Shown here: positions 41,995-51,865 of the stretch, one piece after another
Numbering within the stretch: the first letter of the stretch is position 1
Layout of the letters: every line of letters begins with the position of its first letter
Source of the DNA: an uncultured Bacilli bacterium
GTDB lineage: Bacteria; Bacillota_I; Bacilli_A; RF39; UBA660
Direction: 5' to 3'
Assembly (NCBI GenBank): GCA_947631135.1
Contig: CANRKE010000001.1
Coordinates: 8,475-72,474, forward strand
DNA: 64,000 nucleotides
The notes under the pieces: model-generated
Databases searched by the model: none
Told to the model about the DNA's origin: nothing
Seen by the model: the letters and a program-made list of their open reading frames with translations, nothing else
Translations under genes and position numbers: made by a program

Positions 41995-43849
41995 GTTTAC
42001 CTCTTCTTTTTAAATATATAAGTAATATAGATATATCTGCAGGGTTTACACCACTTATTCTTGATGCTTGTCCTATAGATTTTGGTTTAACATTTATTAA
42101 TTTTTGTCTAGCTTCACTAGCTAAGTTTTTAACATTATTATAATCTATATCTTCTGGTATTAATTTTTCATCTTGTTCTCTCATTTTTTTAGCTTCTTTT
42201 ATTTCTTTATTTATATATCCTTCATATTTAATATTAGTAGATGTAATATCTAATATTTCATCGCTAAAATTTAATGGTATAAAAAATTTTAAATCTTCTA
42301 TTTTTATTTCTGGTCTTTTTAAAAGTTCATAAAGTGTAATTCCATCACTAATTTTGGAACTATTTTTAGATTGTAAATAATTATTGTTTTTATCAGTAAC
42401 ACCTATTTTTTTATTTTTTAATATTTCTATACATTCATTTATTTGTTGCTTTTTTAATAAAAATTGTTCATATCTCTTATCATCAACTAATCCTATTTCA
42501 TGACCATATTCTCTAAGTCTTAAATCAGCATTATCATGTCTTAATAGTAATCTAAATTCTGCTCTACTAGTTAGTAATCTATATGGTTCTTTAGTACCTT
42601 TTGTTACTAAATCATCTATAAGTACACCTATATAGGCTTCATCTCTTCGTAATATTAATGGTTCTTTATTTTGTAATTTTCTACTTGCGTTAATACCAGC
42701 AATTAATCCTTGTGCAGCTGCTTCTTCATATCCACTTGTACCATTTATTTGTCCTGCTGTAAATAAATTTTCTATTATTTTAGTTTCTAAAGAATAATTT
42801 ATTTGTAATGGATCTATTGCATCATATTCTATTGCATATGCATATTTAAGTATTTTTACATTTTCTAATCCCTCAATGCTGTGTACCATACGTTCTTGCA
42901 CATCTCTTGGCATACTTGTTGAAAAGCCTTGTAAATATATATCGTCATAAAACAAACTTTCTGGTTCTAAAAATAATTGATGTCTAGATTTATCAGAAAA
43001 TCTTACTACTTTATCTTCTATTGAAGGACAATATCTAGGACCTATTCCAGTTGCATATCCTCCGTACATTGCTGATTTTTCTAAGTTATCTCTTATTATT
43101 TGATGTGTTAATTCATTTGTATAAACTAAATAACAAGGTACTTGTTTATTTACATCATAAAATATTTTATTATCGAAACTAAATGTTAATTCTTGATTAT
43201 CCCCATCTTCTCTTTGTGCTTTTTCATAATCTATACTATTTCTATCAAGACGTGGAGGTGTACCTGTTTTTAATCTTTGAATATTAAATCCTAAATCTTT
43301 TAATCTATCACTTAAAAAGTTAGATGGTCTTTGATTATTTGGTCCACTTCTTGTTCTTTCACTACCAACTAAAATATCTGCTTTTAAATATGTTCCAGTA
43401 GTTAATATTACTATTTTACTTTTAATTTCTTCTCCATTTTCTAGTTTTACACCACAAACTTTTTTATCTTCTATTATTAAATCTTCTACTATATCTTCTT
43501 TTATTGTTAGATTTTTACAATTTTTTAATGTTTCTTGCATAGTTTTTGGATAAGTGATTTTGTCTGCTTGAGCTCTTAAACTTCTTACTGCAGGACCCTT
43601 TGATGAATTAAGTAATTTAATTTGTATATGGCTTTTATCTGCACATCTTCCCATTTCACCACCTAATGCATCTATTTCTCTTACAACTATTCCTTTCGCA
43701 CTTCCACCTATCGATGGATTGCATGGCATATCTGCAATATTATTTATATTTCCTGTAATTAATAATGTATTATTGTTAAGTCGTGCACTAGATAATGCAG
43801 CTTCACATCCTGCATGTCCTCCTCCTACTACTATAATATCATATAACAT
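41987..43849 (-). CDS. mnmG: tRNA uridine 5-carboxymethylaminomethyl modification enzyme MnmG
   Basis: FAD-binding N-terminus VVGGGHAGCEAA; ~620 aa. Confidence 0.95.
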   Translation of the reverse strand: MLYDIIVVGGGHAGCEAALSSARLNNNTLLITGNINNIADMPCNPSIGGSAKGIVVREIDALGGEMGRCADKSHIQIKLLNSSKGPAVRSLRAQADKITYPKTMQETLKNCKNLTIKEDIVEDLIIEDKKVCGVKLENGEEIKSKIVILTTGTYLKADILVGSERTRSGPNNQRPSNFLSDRLKDLGFNIQRLKTGTPPRLDRNSIDYEKAQREDGDNQELTFSFDNKIFYDVNKQVPCYLVYTNELTHQIIRDNLEKSAMYGGYATGIGPRYCPSIEDKVVRFSDKSRHQLFLEPESLFYDDIYLQGFSTSMPRDVQERMVHSIEGLENVKILKYAYAIEYDAIDPLQINYSLETKIIENLFTAGQINGTSGYEEAAAQGLIAGINASRKLQNKEPLILRRDEAYIGVLIDDLVTKGTKEPYRLLTSRAEFRLLLRHDNADLRLREYGHEIGLVDDKRYEQFLLKKQQINECIEILKNKKIGVTDKNNNYLQSKNSSKISDGITLYELLKRPEIKIEDLKFFIPLNFSDEILDITSTNIKYEGYINKEIKEAKKMREQDEKLIPEDIDYNNVKNLASEARQKLINVKPKSIGQASRISGVNPADISILLIYLKRRGKHE

Positions 43850-43927
43850 TGTACCACTTCCCTGCTTTTATATTCTATCACAATTTTTATATTTTTTTTC
43901 TATAAACTAAAAGAAAATGATAATTAA

Positions 43928-45274
43928 TCATTTACCTAAACAAAAATTTTCAAACATTTTATCAATCAATTCATCATTATAGTTATCTCCTGTTATTTCA
44001 CCTAATAAATTCCATATTTCTTTTATATCTATTTCAATCATATCAATAGGTATATCTTGTGTTATGGTGTTGTCTACTTTATCTATTATATTAGAACATT
44101 TATTTAATAAACTAATAGTTCTTGCACTTGATAAAAATGTTAAATCTTCATCTGTTATTTTTTCTAAATCAAATACTTTTAATATTTTTGATTTTAATTT
44201 ATCAATGCCTTTTTCTGTTAATGTATTTCCATATACTATATTATCAATATTATCAATATCTATCTTTTTATCTAAATCATCTTTATTAATAAATATTATT
44301 CTTATTTTATCTTTAGTTATATCTAATAATTCTTTATCATATTCTGTTAATTTTTCATTACCATTCAAAACTATTATTGCTAAATCTATATTATTTAAAA
44401 TATCTAAACTTTTTTTAACACCAATTTGTTCAATAACATCATCTGTTTTTCTAATTCCTGCTGTATCATATAGATTAATGACAATATCATCTATTTTACA
44501 TGTTGCTTCTACTATATCTCTTGTTGTTCCTTCAATATTTGTTACAATCGCTTTATCTTCTTCAATCAATCTATTAAGCAAACTACTTTTTCCTACATTT
44601 GGTCTTCCAAATATACCTACTTTTATTCCCTCTTTAATAAGCATATTGTTTTTAGATTTTTTTAATATATAATTAATTTTATTTCTAAAATTCTTTATAT
44701 TTTCTTTTATTAAATTATGTGTTATTTCTACTTCATCAGTATATTCTGGATAATCAATATTAACTTCTATATTAGATAATATAAGTGCAATCTCATCTCT
44801 TAATTCTCTTATAGTATTTGATATTTTTTTCTCAATTCCATTTATTGCCATTTTTCTTGTAAGTTCTGTCTTTGAATTTATTAAATCGGAAATAGCTTCA
44901 GCTTCTAAAAGATCTATTCTTCCATTTAAATATGCTCTTTTTGTAAATTCTCCTGGTTGTGCTAATCTAGCTCCATTATCTAACAATAATTGTAATACCT
45001 TATTTGTTGTTGCATATCCACCATGACAATTGATTTCAACAATATCTTCTTTTGTATATGTTTTAGGTGCTAAAAATACACTAACTAACACTTCATCAAT
45101 TTTCTCGTTATTATCAATAATATATCCATAAGTTATAGTATGACTTTGTTTACTTTTTAAATCGTTAGAAAAAATTTTGTCAACTAAATCAACTGAACCT
45201 GCTCCACTTACTCTTACTATTGATATAGCTCCAACTGATAATGATGTTGAAATACTTGCAATAATATCTTCCAT
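43928..45274 (-). CDS. mnmE: tRNA modification GTPase MnmE
   Basis: G-domain GRPNVGKSSL; C-terminal CxGK. Confidence 0.95.
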   Translation of the reverse strand: MEDIIASISTSLSVGAISIVRVSGAGSVDLVDKIFSNDLKSKQSHTITYGYIIDNNEKIDEVLVSVFLAPKTYTKEDIVEINCHGGYATTNKVLQLLLDNGARLAQPGEFTKRAYLNGRIDLLEAEAISDLINSKTELTRKMAINGIEKKISNTIRELRDEIALILSNIEVNIDYPEYTDEVEITHNLIKENIKNFRNKINYILKKSKNNMLIKEGIKVGIFGRPNVGKSSLLNRLIEEDKAIVTNIEGTTRDIVEATCKIDDIVINLYDTAGIRKTDDVIEQIGVKKSLDILNNIDLAIIVLNGNEKLTEYDKELLDITKDKIRIIFINKDDLDKKIDIDNIDNIVYGNTLTEKGIDKLKSKILKVFDLEKITDEDLTFLSSARTISLLNKCSNIIDKVDNTITQDIPIDMIEIDIKEIWNLLGEITGDNYNDELIDKMFENFCLGK

Positions 45275-45277
45275 TAT

Positions 45278-45874
45278 TTACTTCCTTTTTATTTCAATAT
45301 ATCTATTAGGTTCTTCTCCATAACTAGTAGATGTTACTTTATCATTTTCTCCTACTACATCATGTACAATTTTTCTTTGATATGAATTCATAGAATCTAA
45401 TTTATATGGAACTCCTGTACGTATTACTTCTCTTATAAGTTTCTTTACGTTTCTTCTTAGTTTTTCATCTATATTCTTTTGGTAAGAACCAATATCCATT
45501 TTTATACTTATATCAATGAATTGTTTTATATATGCATACATTAATATCTTCAATGATTTTAGCACATCACCATTTTTACCTATTATTATTTTGTTTTCCT
45601 TTGAATCAACATCTATAAATATCATATCACTTTCATATTTAACATCTATGTTTGCTTCAATTTCCATTGCACTCAATATATTTGATAGCTTTTCTTTGAT
45701 ATCATCTAATATTTCATCTATTTTATAAACTATTATTTCACATTTTTTACTTAAAATACCATCTTTTTTATAATTTACTTTATAAACTATGTCTTTTCTA
45801 TCAATATTTAAATCTGATAATGCATTTGCTAGTGCAAGTTCTTCTGTTTTATCTTTATATATATAATTTTTCAT
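45278..45874 (-). CDS. Jag/KhpB-like KH-R3H RNA-binding protein
   Basis: Position between yidC and mnmE; C-terminal R3H-like KIVHDVVGE. Confidence 0.7.
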   Translation of the reverse strand: MKNYIYKDKTEELALANALSDLNIDRKDIVYKVNYKKDGILSKKCEIIVYKIDEILDDIKEKLSNILSAMEIEANIDVKYESDMIFIDVDSKENKIIIGKNGDVLKSLKILMYAYIKQFIDISIKMDIGSYQKNIDEKLRRNVKKLIREVIRTGVPYKLDSMNSYQRKIVHDVVGENDKVTSTSYGEEPNRYIEIKRK

Positions 45875-46800
45875 TTTCTCTTCTTCTCCCTCTTAACCAT
45901 CAAATTTTGGAAAATAGTAAATAGGGATGATGCAATCCAATATAGTGCGATTGCTGTTGGTAATGAGAAAGATGCTACTGTTATAAATATAATTAAAAAT
46001 CTTGTCATAAATTTCATTTGTTGTTCTTGTTCTGGTGATGCTGCTGTTTGATTTAATTTAAATGAAAAATATGTAGTTCCAATTATAAGTACTAATAATA
46101 TAAGATATATATAATGTCCTTTAGTAAGTGCGACTATTGGTGTTGTACCAAGATCTAATGTTAAAAACTTACCTTCAAATAGTGCTGGTATTCTGTTTAC
46201 TGCTTCTAAGAATGCAAAGAATACTGGAATTTGTAGAAATGAGAATAAGCACCCACTCATAGGATTTATGTTGTACTTTTTATATACTGCTAATGTTTCT
46301 TGAGTTTTCATCATCATTACATCTTTATCATCTTGTGGTTTATTTGCATATTTTCTTTCTATTTTATCTATTTCTGGTTGTGCTTTCTTTATATATTCAG
46401 ATTGTAGTGCTGTTTTTTTAGTAATTGGATATGTTACTAATCTTATTAATAAACTTACTATTATTATTGATAACCCATAATTTTTAATAAGTAATCCAAT
46501 CTTTATTATGCACCATGCAAGTGGCTTTACAAAAATTGATGTCCATAATCCCTCATATCCACCTGAATTTATTTTAAAATCTTTACATGCAACTAATTTG
46601 TCAACATTAACATCGTTTTCTTTGTAAAGTTTTATTACATCTTCGTTTGTTGGTCTACAAAGTATATTTTCATATAATGTTTGTCCTGTTTCTTTATAAG
46701 TTATTACTTTCTTATCTTTTCCCACTAATGTTTTAGTACAACCTGTAGTAAGAAATAATACACCTATTAATAAAATTATTATTTTTTTATATTTTTTCAT
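45871..46800 (-). CDS. yidC: Membrane protein insertase YidC/SpoIIIJ (lipoprotein type)
   Basis: Lipobox LTTGC; multi-TM; synteny rnpA-yidC-jag. Confidence 0.9.
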   Translation of the reverse strand: MKKYKKIIILLIGVLFLTTGCTKTLVGKDKKVITYKETGQTLYENILCRPTNEDVIKLYKENDVNVDKLVACKDFKINSGGYEGLWTSIFVKPLAWCIIKIGLLIKNYGLSIIIVSLLIRLVTYPITKKTALQSEYIKKAQPEIDKIERKYANKPQDDKDVMMMKTQETLAVYKKYNINPMSGCLFSFLQIPVFFAFLEAVNRIPALFEGKFLTLDLGTTPIVALTKGHYIYLILLVLIIGTTYFSFKLNQTAASPEQEQQMKFMTRFLIIFITVASFSLPTAIALYWIASSLFTIFQNLMVKREKKRK

Positions 46801-47135
46801 TATTTCATCTCCATCTTTTTTATTAAGGATAATATTTTTTCTTCTTTATATTTGAATTTTTTTAATTCGTTTCCCTTTCTTATCATTATAATATATTCTT
46901 TATCATTTGGAAATAGTTTTTTATATTTATGAATAATATTTTTTGTTTGTCTTTTAAGTTTGTTTCTAAGAACTGCATTCCCTATTTTTTTTGGTACTGA
47001 TATTCCAAATTTTTTAACATCACTATCTATATAATATATAGTGTAGATATCATTACTTATATATATTTGATTTTTTATTATTTCTTGAAATCTTTTATTT
47101 TCTTTTATAATATCTTCTTTATTCATAAGTATCAC
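46800..47135 (-). CDS. rnpA: Ribonuclease P protein component
   Basis: Basic ~110-aa protein immediately downstream of rpmH. Confidence 0.85.
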   Translation of the reverse strand: MILMNKEDIIKENKRFQEIIKNQIYISNDIYTIYYIDSDVKKFGISVPKKIGNAVLRNKLKRQTKNIIHKYKKLFPNDKEYIIMIRKGNELKKFKYKEEKILSLIKKMEMK

Positions 47136-47145
47136 CTACCGTTAG

Positions 47146-47169
47146 AAAAAAAACCACTATTTATAGTGG
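47146..47169 (-). terminator. Intrinsic terminator/attenuator between rpmH and rnpA
   Basis: Minus-strand hairpin CCACUAUAAAUAGUGG followed by a U8-9 run. Confidence 0.45.
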
Positions 47170-47180
47170 ATTAATACTCA

Positions 47181-47303
47181 TTACTTACAAAGTCTTTTAC
47201 GTCCTTTTCTTCTTCTACTAGATAAAATTTTAGATTCAGCACGTTTCATAAAACCATGTTTCTTTTTCATTTTTCTATTGTTTGGTTGATAAGTTCTTTT
47301 CAT
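47181..47303 (-). CDS. rpmH: 50S ribosomal protein L34
   Basis: Hand-translated MKRTYQPNNRKMKKKHGFMKRAESKILSSRRRKGRKRLCK; not in the ORF track (<60 aa). Confidence 0.85.
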   Translation of the reverse strand: MKRTYQPNNRKMKKKHGFMKRAESKILSSRRRKGRKRLCK

Positions 47304-47454
47304 TTTAACACCTCCAAGCATATATTCTATTTTTTCTTTCGCATATATAATTATAAAGAAATATATTTTTTTGTCAATATTTTTTATAAACTTTTCTTAA
47401 GTCAATAATAAAAATTTTATAATTTTATTACATTTTTTTTAATTTATTATTAAA

Positions 47455-48378
47455 CTAATAATATATAGTTATTGTATGATGAGTTTTACTTTTTTTATTT
47501 TTCTTTCCCATACACCATATTAAATTATCTAATTCAACAGAATTTATAATTATATTTTTTTCTTTTAGTTTTTCTTTTATTATTTCAATTACATATAACA
47601 TGTTAGCTCTAATTTCTATTTCCATTTCACTATCATGTAATAATTCTACTTCATTATCGACAATATCTTCTAATGCATCATTGTATACTAAAATACCATA
47701 ATCTCTGAATGTTCTTGGTATTCCATAATCAGCACACCCACTTAAGTTATTTACATTTTTTAAATTATTATTAATTGTTTCTGATAAATAATATAAATCA
47801 TTTGTAAGTAAAATTGCACGTTTATTAAAGTGTATTATTTTGTTTTTATAAAAAGACTTATCGTCAAAACTTTTAAAGTTATTTGTAATATAATTTAATA
47901 AATCTATATCTTTTTTTATAGAAAATATTTCATTATAAAAATTCTTATTATCATAAATATAATTTATTGTTTCAATAAAATTATTATATCTCTCATTTAA
48001 TAATGGAATTTTTCCTTCAACAGAATTAAAAATATTTTCAAATTGTTTTTTATTAATTGAATGTAAATATTCTATATTTAAAAATTTTGAATTACTTTCT
48101 ACTTTTTTTATTATTGAATAAAATAAAGCATTTGATCCACTCATAATTTCATGATTATATTCTATTTTCCATTTTGGTTTTTTCCAAAAGCAAAAATTCA
48201 TAGATTCTATTATAAAAGCTAGTAATATCCATTCTTTCTCACTTAATTTAATATTTAAATCTTTTGACCAATGTTTATAATTAATTTCTTTTAAGTTATT
48301 TATAAAGTCATTAATCTTATTATTATTGATTTTAACATATTTACTATTTTTTACTACATATTCAAATTCATCTTTCAT
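47455..48378 (-). CDS. Queuosine-salvage family protein (DUF2419/Qng1-like nucleotide N-glycosylase)
   Basis: CADYGIPRTFRDYGILVYN...SEMEIEIRANMLYVIE parallels the Qng1 signature ADYRVPQLLRALGALRYS...EEQEIRAASILAVE. N-terminal MNFCFWKK parallels LNFSFWSD. Confidence 0.6.
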   Translation of the reverse strand: MKDEFEYVVKNSKYVKINNNKINDFINNLKEINYKHWSKDLNIKLSEKEWILLAFIIESMNFCFWKKPKWKIEYNHEIMSGSNALFYSIIKKVESNSKFLNIEYLHSINKKQFENIFNSVEGKIPLLNERYNNFIETINYIYDNKNFYNEIFSIKKDIDLLNYITNNFKSFDDKSFYKNKIIHFNKRAILLTNDLYYLSETINNNLKNVNNLSGCADYGIPRTFRDYGILVYNDALEDIVDNEVELLHDSEMEIEIRANMLYVIEIIKEKLKEKNIIINSVELDNLIWCMGKKNKKSKTHHTITIYY

Positions 48379-48381
48379 ATA

Positions 48382-48936
48382 CTATTCCTTTCTTAATAAT
48401 AATTTTTTACTTTTTATAATATTGTTTATTTGTAACATTGTATTGTCAATAGAATTATTATTATCAACAATATAAATTTTATCATATTTTTTATATAATT
48501 GTAAATAAACATTGTTTTCATAATTATAAAAATCTTCATCAAAAATAAAATTATTTCTTTTTTGTAATCTTTCTTTAATTTTATATTTGCTTACTTTTAA
48601 ATATATAGTGTGTGGATGAAATATATTTATAGATAATATTTCATCGGCTGTTTCTTGTATTGTTTTTTTTAGTTGATAATTTAACCTAATTATAGTTGTA
48701 TAAAAGAATCTATCAAATATATAATTACCATTATTACATTCATATATATTGGCTTCATGTCCTATTATATAAATTTTTTTTTGTAACTCTGCATTACAAG
48801 TTCTGGCAAATTCTATATATTTTCTATACCAATCAGGGATAGATGTTCTAGGAATAATATTATATTCTTTTGATATATGTTTAATTAATGTTGATTTGCC
48901 AGATCCATTACTTCCTTCTAAAACTAATATTGACAT
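48382..48936 (-). CDS. P-loop nucleoside/nucleotide kinase (deoxynucleoside kinase / thymidylate kinase-like)
   Basis: Walker A VLEGSNGSGKSTL and a DRF(F)Y motif resembling the TMPK/dNK DR(Y/H) motif; 184 aa. Confidence 0.6.
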   Translation of the reverse strand: MSILVLEGSNGSGKSTLIKHISKEYNIIPRTSIPDWYRKYIEFARTCNAELQKKIYIIGHEANIYECNNGNYIFDRFFYTTIIRLNYQLKKTIQETADEILSINIFHPHTIYLKVSKYKIKERLQKRNNFIFDEDFYNYENNVYLQLYKKYDKIYIVDNNNSIDNTMLQINNIIKSKKLLLRKE

Positions 48937-50945
48937 TATATTTTCCTCATTACTAATACATGTTTTTGTGAATTATTTCTTGTTTTAATTTTAATATCAT
49001 GAGAATTTCCTATATCATAATCCCAAAAATTCCTATTTATGATTTCTAGTATATCATTTAATTCAAAAAACATTTGATTAAAATCATATTCTTTAATTAT
49101 TTGATTTTTATAATACAACTTATAAACTGTTTGTTCTTTCGCACTTTTAATATCATAATGACGTTGAATAACTAATTTATATTTTTCATCGACATATAAT
49201 TCTTTGTAAAAATTTGTATCCACACTTTCTCTCCATATTTTATTAAAACAGTCAAATACTATTATTCCGTTTTTTCTTAATATTAAATATATTTTATTTA
49301 ACATTTTACTTAATTCTTCTTTATTGCTATAGCAGTTATATAGGCTATATGCATAATCAAAAAGATAATTAAAATTGTGCATCAAAAAATCATCTTTTAT
49401 ATAAATAAAATCTTTTTCATTACCAATAAATTGATAAGATTCATAATCTATACCTACTATGTCATTATATCCTGCCTTTTTTAATTGATTTGCTATTCTT
49501 CCATATCCACACATGATGTCTAGTATTTTACCATTTTTATTTGAAAAGATTTTTGAAAGAAAATCTATTTCTTTTATAGTATAATTTGACATTGCTTTCG
49601 ATGTGTAATTGTGATATGTACCTAATTCATTAAAAGATTTTCTATCTTTGATTATATTAACGTTCATTTTTTCATTATCTAATTGATCAGCAAATAAACT
49701 ATTATTTATATTGTTTTGATTTAATATTATTTTAATTTCTTGCTTTTGAATCATACTTAAGAAATTAGTGCATATTATAATATAATTTTTAAATAATTCA
49801 TAGTTTAATTCATTTATATTTCTTTTTAAATCATTAATAATTGCAATTATTATACTTGTTTTACTGTAGTTTTCTATATTTGGTAAGTATAAATCATTTG
49901 TACCATAAACCACAATTTTATTAAGTATATTTTTTTCATTGTATTTTTGATTATTTGTATTCGATAATAGAATATATCCAAAAAATTTTCCTAATGCATC
50001 AATTAAATATTGTCTATCATATTCATTATTTTGCATTTTTAAAATATATTCTTTAAATATCATACTTTGCTTTTTATTATTGATAAAATTAAATGGATTA
50101 CTTTTGTAGGTAGTATTAAATTCTGTAGAAAGTATGATTGGAAGTTGAGATTTAACTGTTTTTTTTCTGCCATATATGATACCAAATTGATTAAATTCGT
50201 TTATTAGTTTTTCTTTTAAATATGATGGAAAATATATATTATTAGCAAATAAGTTCAAATAATTATTGGAATCTATATTATTTTTTTTAAAAAAATTATG
50301 AATATTAATTATAAATTCTTTCCTAAGTTTATTAAATTCAAGTCTATCATAATTTATATTAAAACCTTTTAATATTGAATCAGCTAATATTCCTAGATAT
50401 ATATTGTCATTTTTTTCAATATGTGAAAAATCTAGATGAATATAATGATCTTTACCATCTTCTGTTATAAACGATGGCGAAATAAAGTTAACTGTAATTC
50501 TTGAATTGTCAGTTCCGTAAGCAAAAAATAAGCTAGTATTTCTATCATGTGATATTTTTTTAATTATTATTTCTTTATTTAATTCACAAATATTTTTAAT
50601 AAGTTTTTTAGATACTAGATTTATAGTGCTTTTTATACTATTATATATACCATTTAGTCTTATAATATCTATTTCCCCAGCAAATAATAATTTTAGATCC
50701 AAGTCAAGATATTTTTTTTCAAAATTAAAGTTAGTTGTTTTTAAAAATTCTATTATTTTTTCTATATCTTTTTGATTTTCATATATAATCATGAAATCAA
50801 AATCTCCAATTTTATTTTTATTATTATACTTTATAGAATCGTAAGCAAATCCTCCACCTGTTACAAATGATGCATTGATATTATTATCTTTTAACAATAA
50901 ATTAATTTCTTTACAAAAATTACTTCCTACATTTCTGTAATTCAT
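48936..50945 (-). CDS. Two-domain protein: N-terminal polymerase-beta-type nucleotidyltransferase-like domain fused to a C-terminal class I SAM-dependent methyltransferase
   Basis: N-terminus VTGGGFAYDSIKYNNKNKIGDFDFMII (hG[GS]-x(n)-DhDh). C-terminus ILDIMCGYGR (motif I), VGIDYES (post-I acidic), LRKNGIIVFD (motif III). Confidence 0.55.
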   Translation of the reverse strand: MNYRNVGSNFCKEINLLLKDNNINASFVTGGGFAYDSIKYNNKNKIGDFDFMIIYENQKDIEKIIEFLKTTNFNFEKKYLDLDLKLLFAGEIDIIRLNGIYNSIKSTINLVSKKLIKNICELNKEIIIKKISHDRNTSLFFAYGTDNSRITVNFISPSFITEDGKDHYIHLDFSHIEKNDNIYLGILADSILKGFNINYDRLEFNKLRKEFIINIHNFFKKNNIDSNNYLNLFANNIYFPSYLKEKLINEFNQFGIIYGRKKTVKSQLPIILSTEFNTTYKSNPFNFINNKKQSMIFKEYILKMQNNEYDRQYLIDALGKFFGYILLSNTNNQKYNEKNILNKIVVYGTNDLYLPNIENYSKTSIIIAIINDLKRNINELNYELFKNYIIICTNFLSMIQKQEIKIILNQNNINNSLFADQLDNEKMNVNIIKDRKSFNELGTYHNYTSKAMSNYTIKEIDFLSKIFSNKNGKILDIMCGYGRIANQLKKAGYNDIVGIDYESYQFIGNEKDFIYIKDDFLMHNFNYLFDYAYSLYNCYSNKEELSKMLNKIYLILRKNGIIVFDCFNKIWRESVDTNFYKELYVDEKYKLVIQRHYDIKSAKEQTVYKLYYKNQIIKEYDFNQMFFELNDILEIINRNFWDYDIGNSHDIKIKTRNNSQKHVLVMRKI

Positions 50946-50958
50946 ATTTTTTCCTCCT

Positions 50959-51798
50959 TTATTTTCTTAAATACATAGTACATACGTTATTTTTTGTCAT
51001 TACTTTACTCCTAGAATACATAGTTTCCATTGGTAAATAAACACCATTTTCTTGTTTTTTAATATAATCGGAAATAATATTATATATGGTGTATAGTTTA
51101 TCATTTCTTTTTTTTATTTCTTTATTGGACCAATTCATTTTCTTATAAAACTCAATATTATTTTTATAAAAATTATAATAATTTTTGTCTTTATTTAAAT
51201 TATCAGAAATATATCCAATAGTATATTTTGAATCATTATAAATATCAGATAAAAATATTATTTCTGTTTCATCAAAATTTTTGGATGCTTTTTCTTTAAA
51301 TTTTTTTTCATGAGTATTCAATTCTTTTTTCCAATTAGGATTTAGGTCATAATTAGTATTTTCTAAAAATATATTAGCTAAAGTTATTTTAAAGTTTACT
51401 GGTATCTTTTCTTGTTGAAATAAATTTTTTATTTCTTTTAGTATATTTAATCGTTTAGAATTATTTTCACCTATATAATCTTTATATCCAGTATTCGTAT
51501 ATCCTGGACAAAAAATTGCATTAAAGTTGATAATAGAATTATTAATTATATAATATATAAAAGATGTTAAATCTTTTTTAGTATTATACTTATAATCAAA
51601 GTAACAATTTAATTTATTAATTATGTTCCATAAATAATTTATGTTGTTTATATCTACATTTATTAATTGTTTTTCAATAGAGGCATCACCGTTTTTTATT
51701 AATCCAGTAATTATAGATTTAATTATTTTTGTGTTTTCAGCAGTATGTACTATATTTAATTTATTAAATATATAATTATAATCAAACATTTTAATCAC
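50959..51798 (-). CDS. Hypothetical protein (279 aa), operon member
   Basis: Intact ORF tightly packed between the flanking genes; no family recognised. Confidence 0.5.
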   Translation of the reverse strand: MIKMFDYNYIFNKLNIVHTAENTKIIKSIITGLIKNGDASIEKQLINVDINNINYLWNIINKLNCYFDYKYNTKKDLTSFIYYIINNSIINFNAIFCPGYTNTGYKDYIGENNSKRLNILKEIKNLFQQEKIPVNFKITLANIFLENTNYDLNPNWKKELNTHEKKFKEKASKNFDETEIIFLSDIYNDSKYTIGYISDNLNKDKNYYNFYKNNIEFYKKMNWSNKEIKKRNDKLYTIYNIISDYIKKQENGVYLPMETMYSRSKVMTKNNVCTMYLRK

Positions 51799-51865
51799 AA
51801 ATTCCTTTCATTTTATTCAAAATATACATAATTATAAAAAGCATTTATTTTTTCAACATAATTTT

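Noticed and set aside
43719-45728. Plus-strand ORFs 43719-43910, 44064-44672, 45516-45728
   Set aside because: Antisense to mnmG, mnmE and jag.
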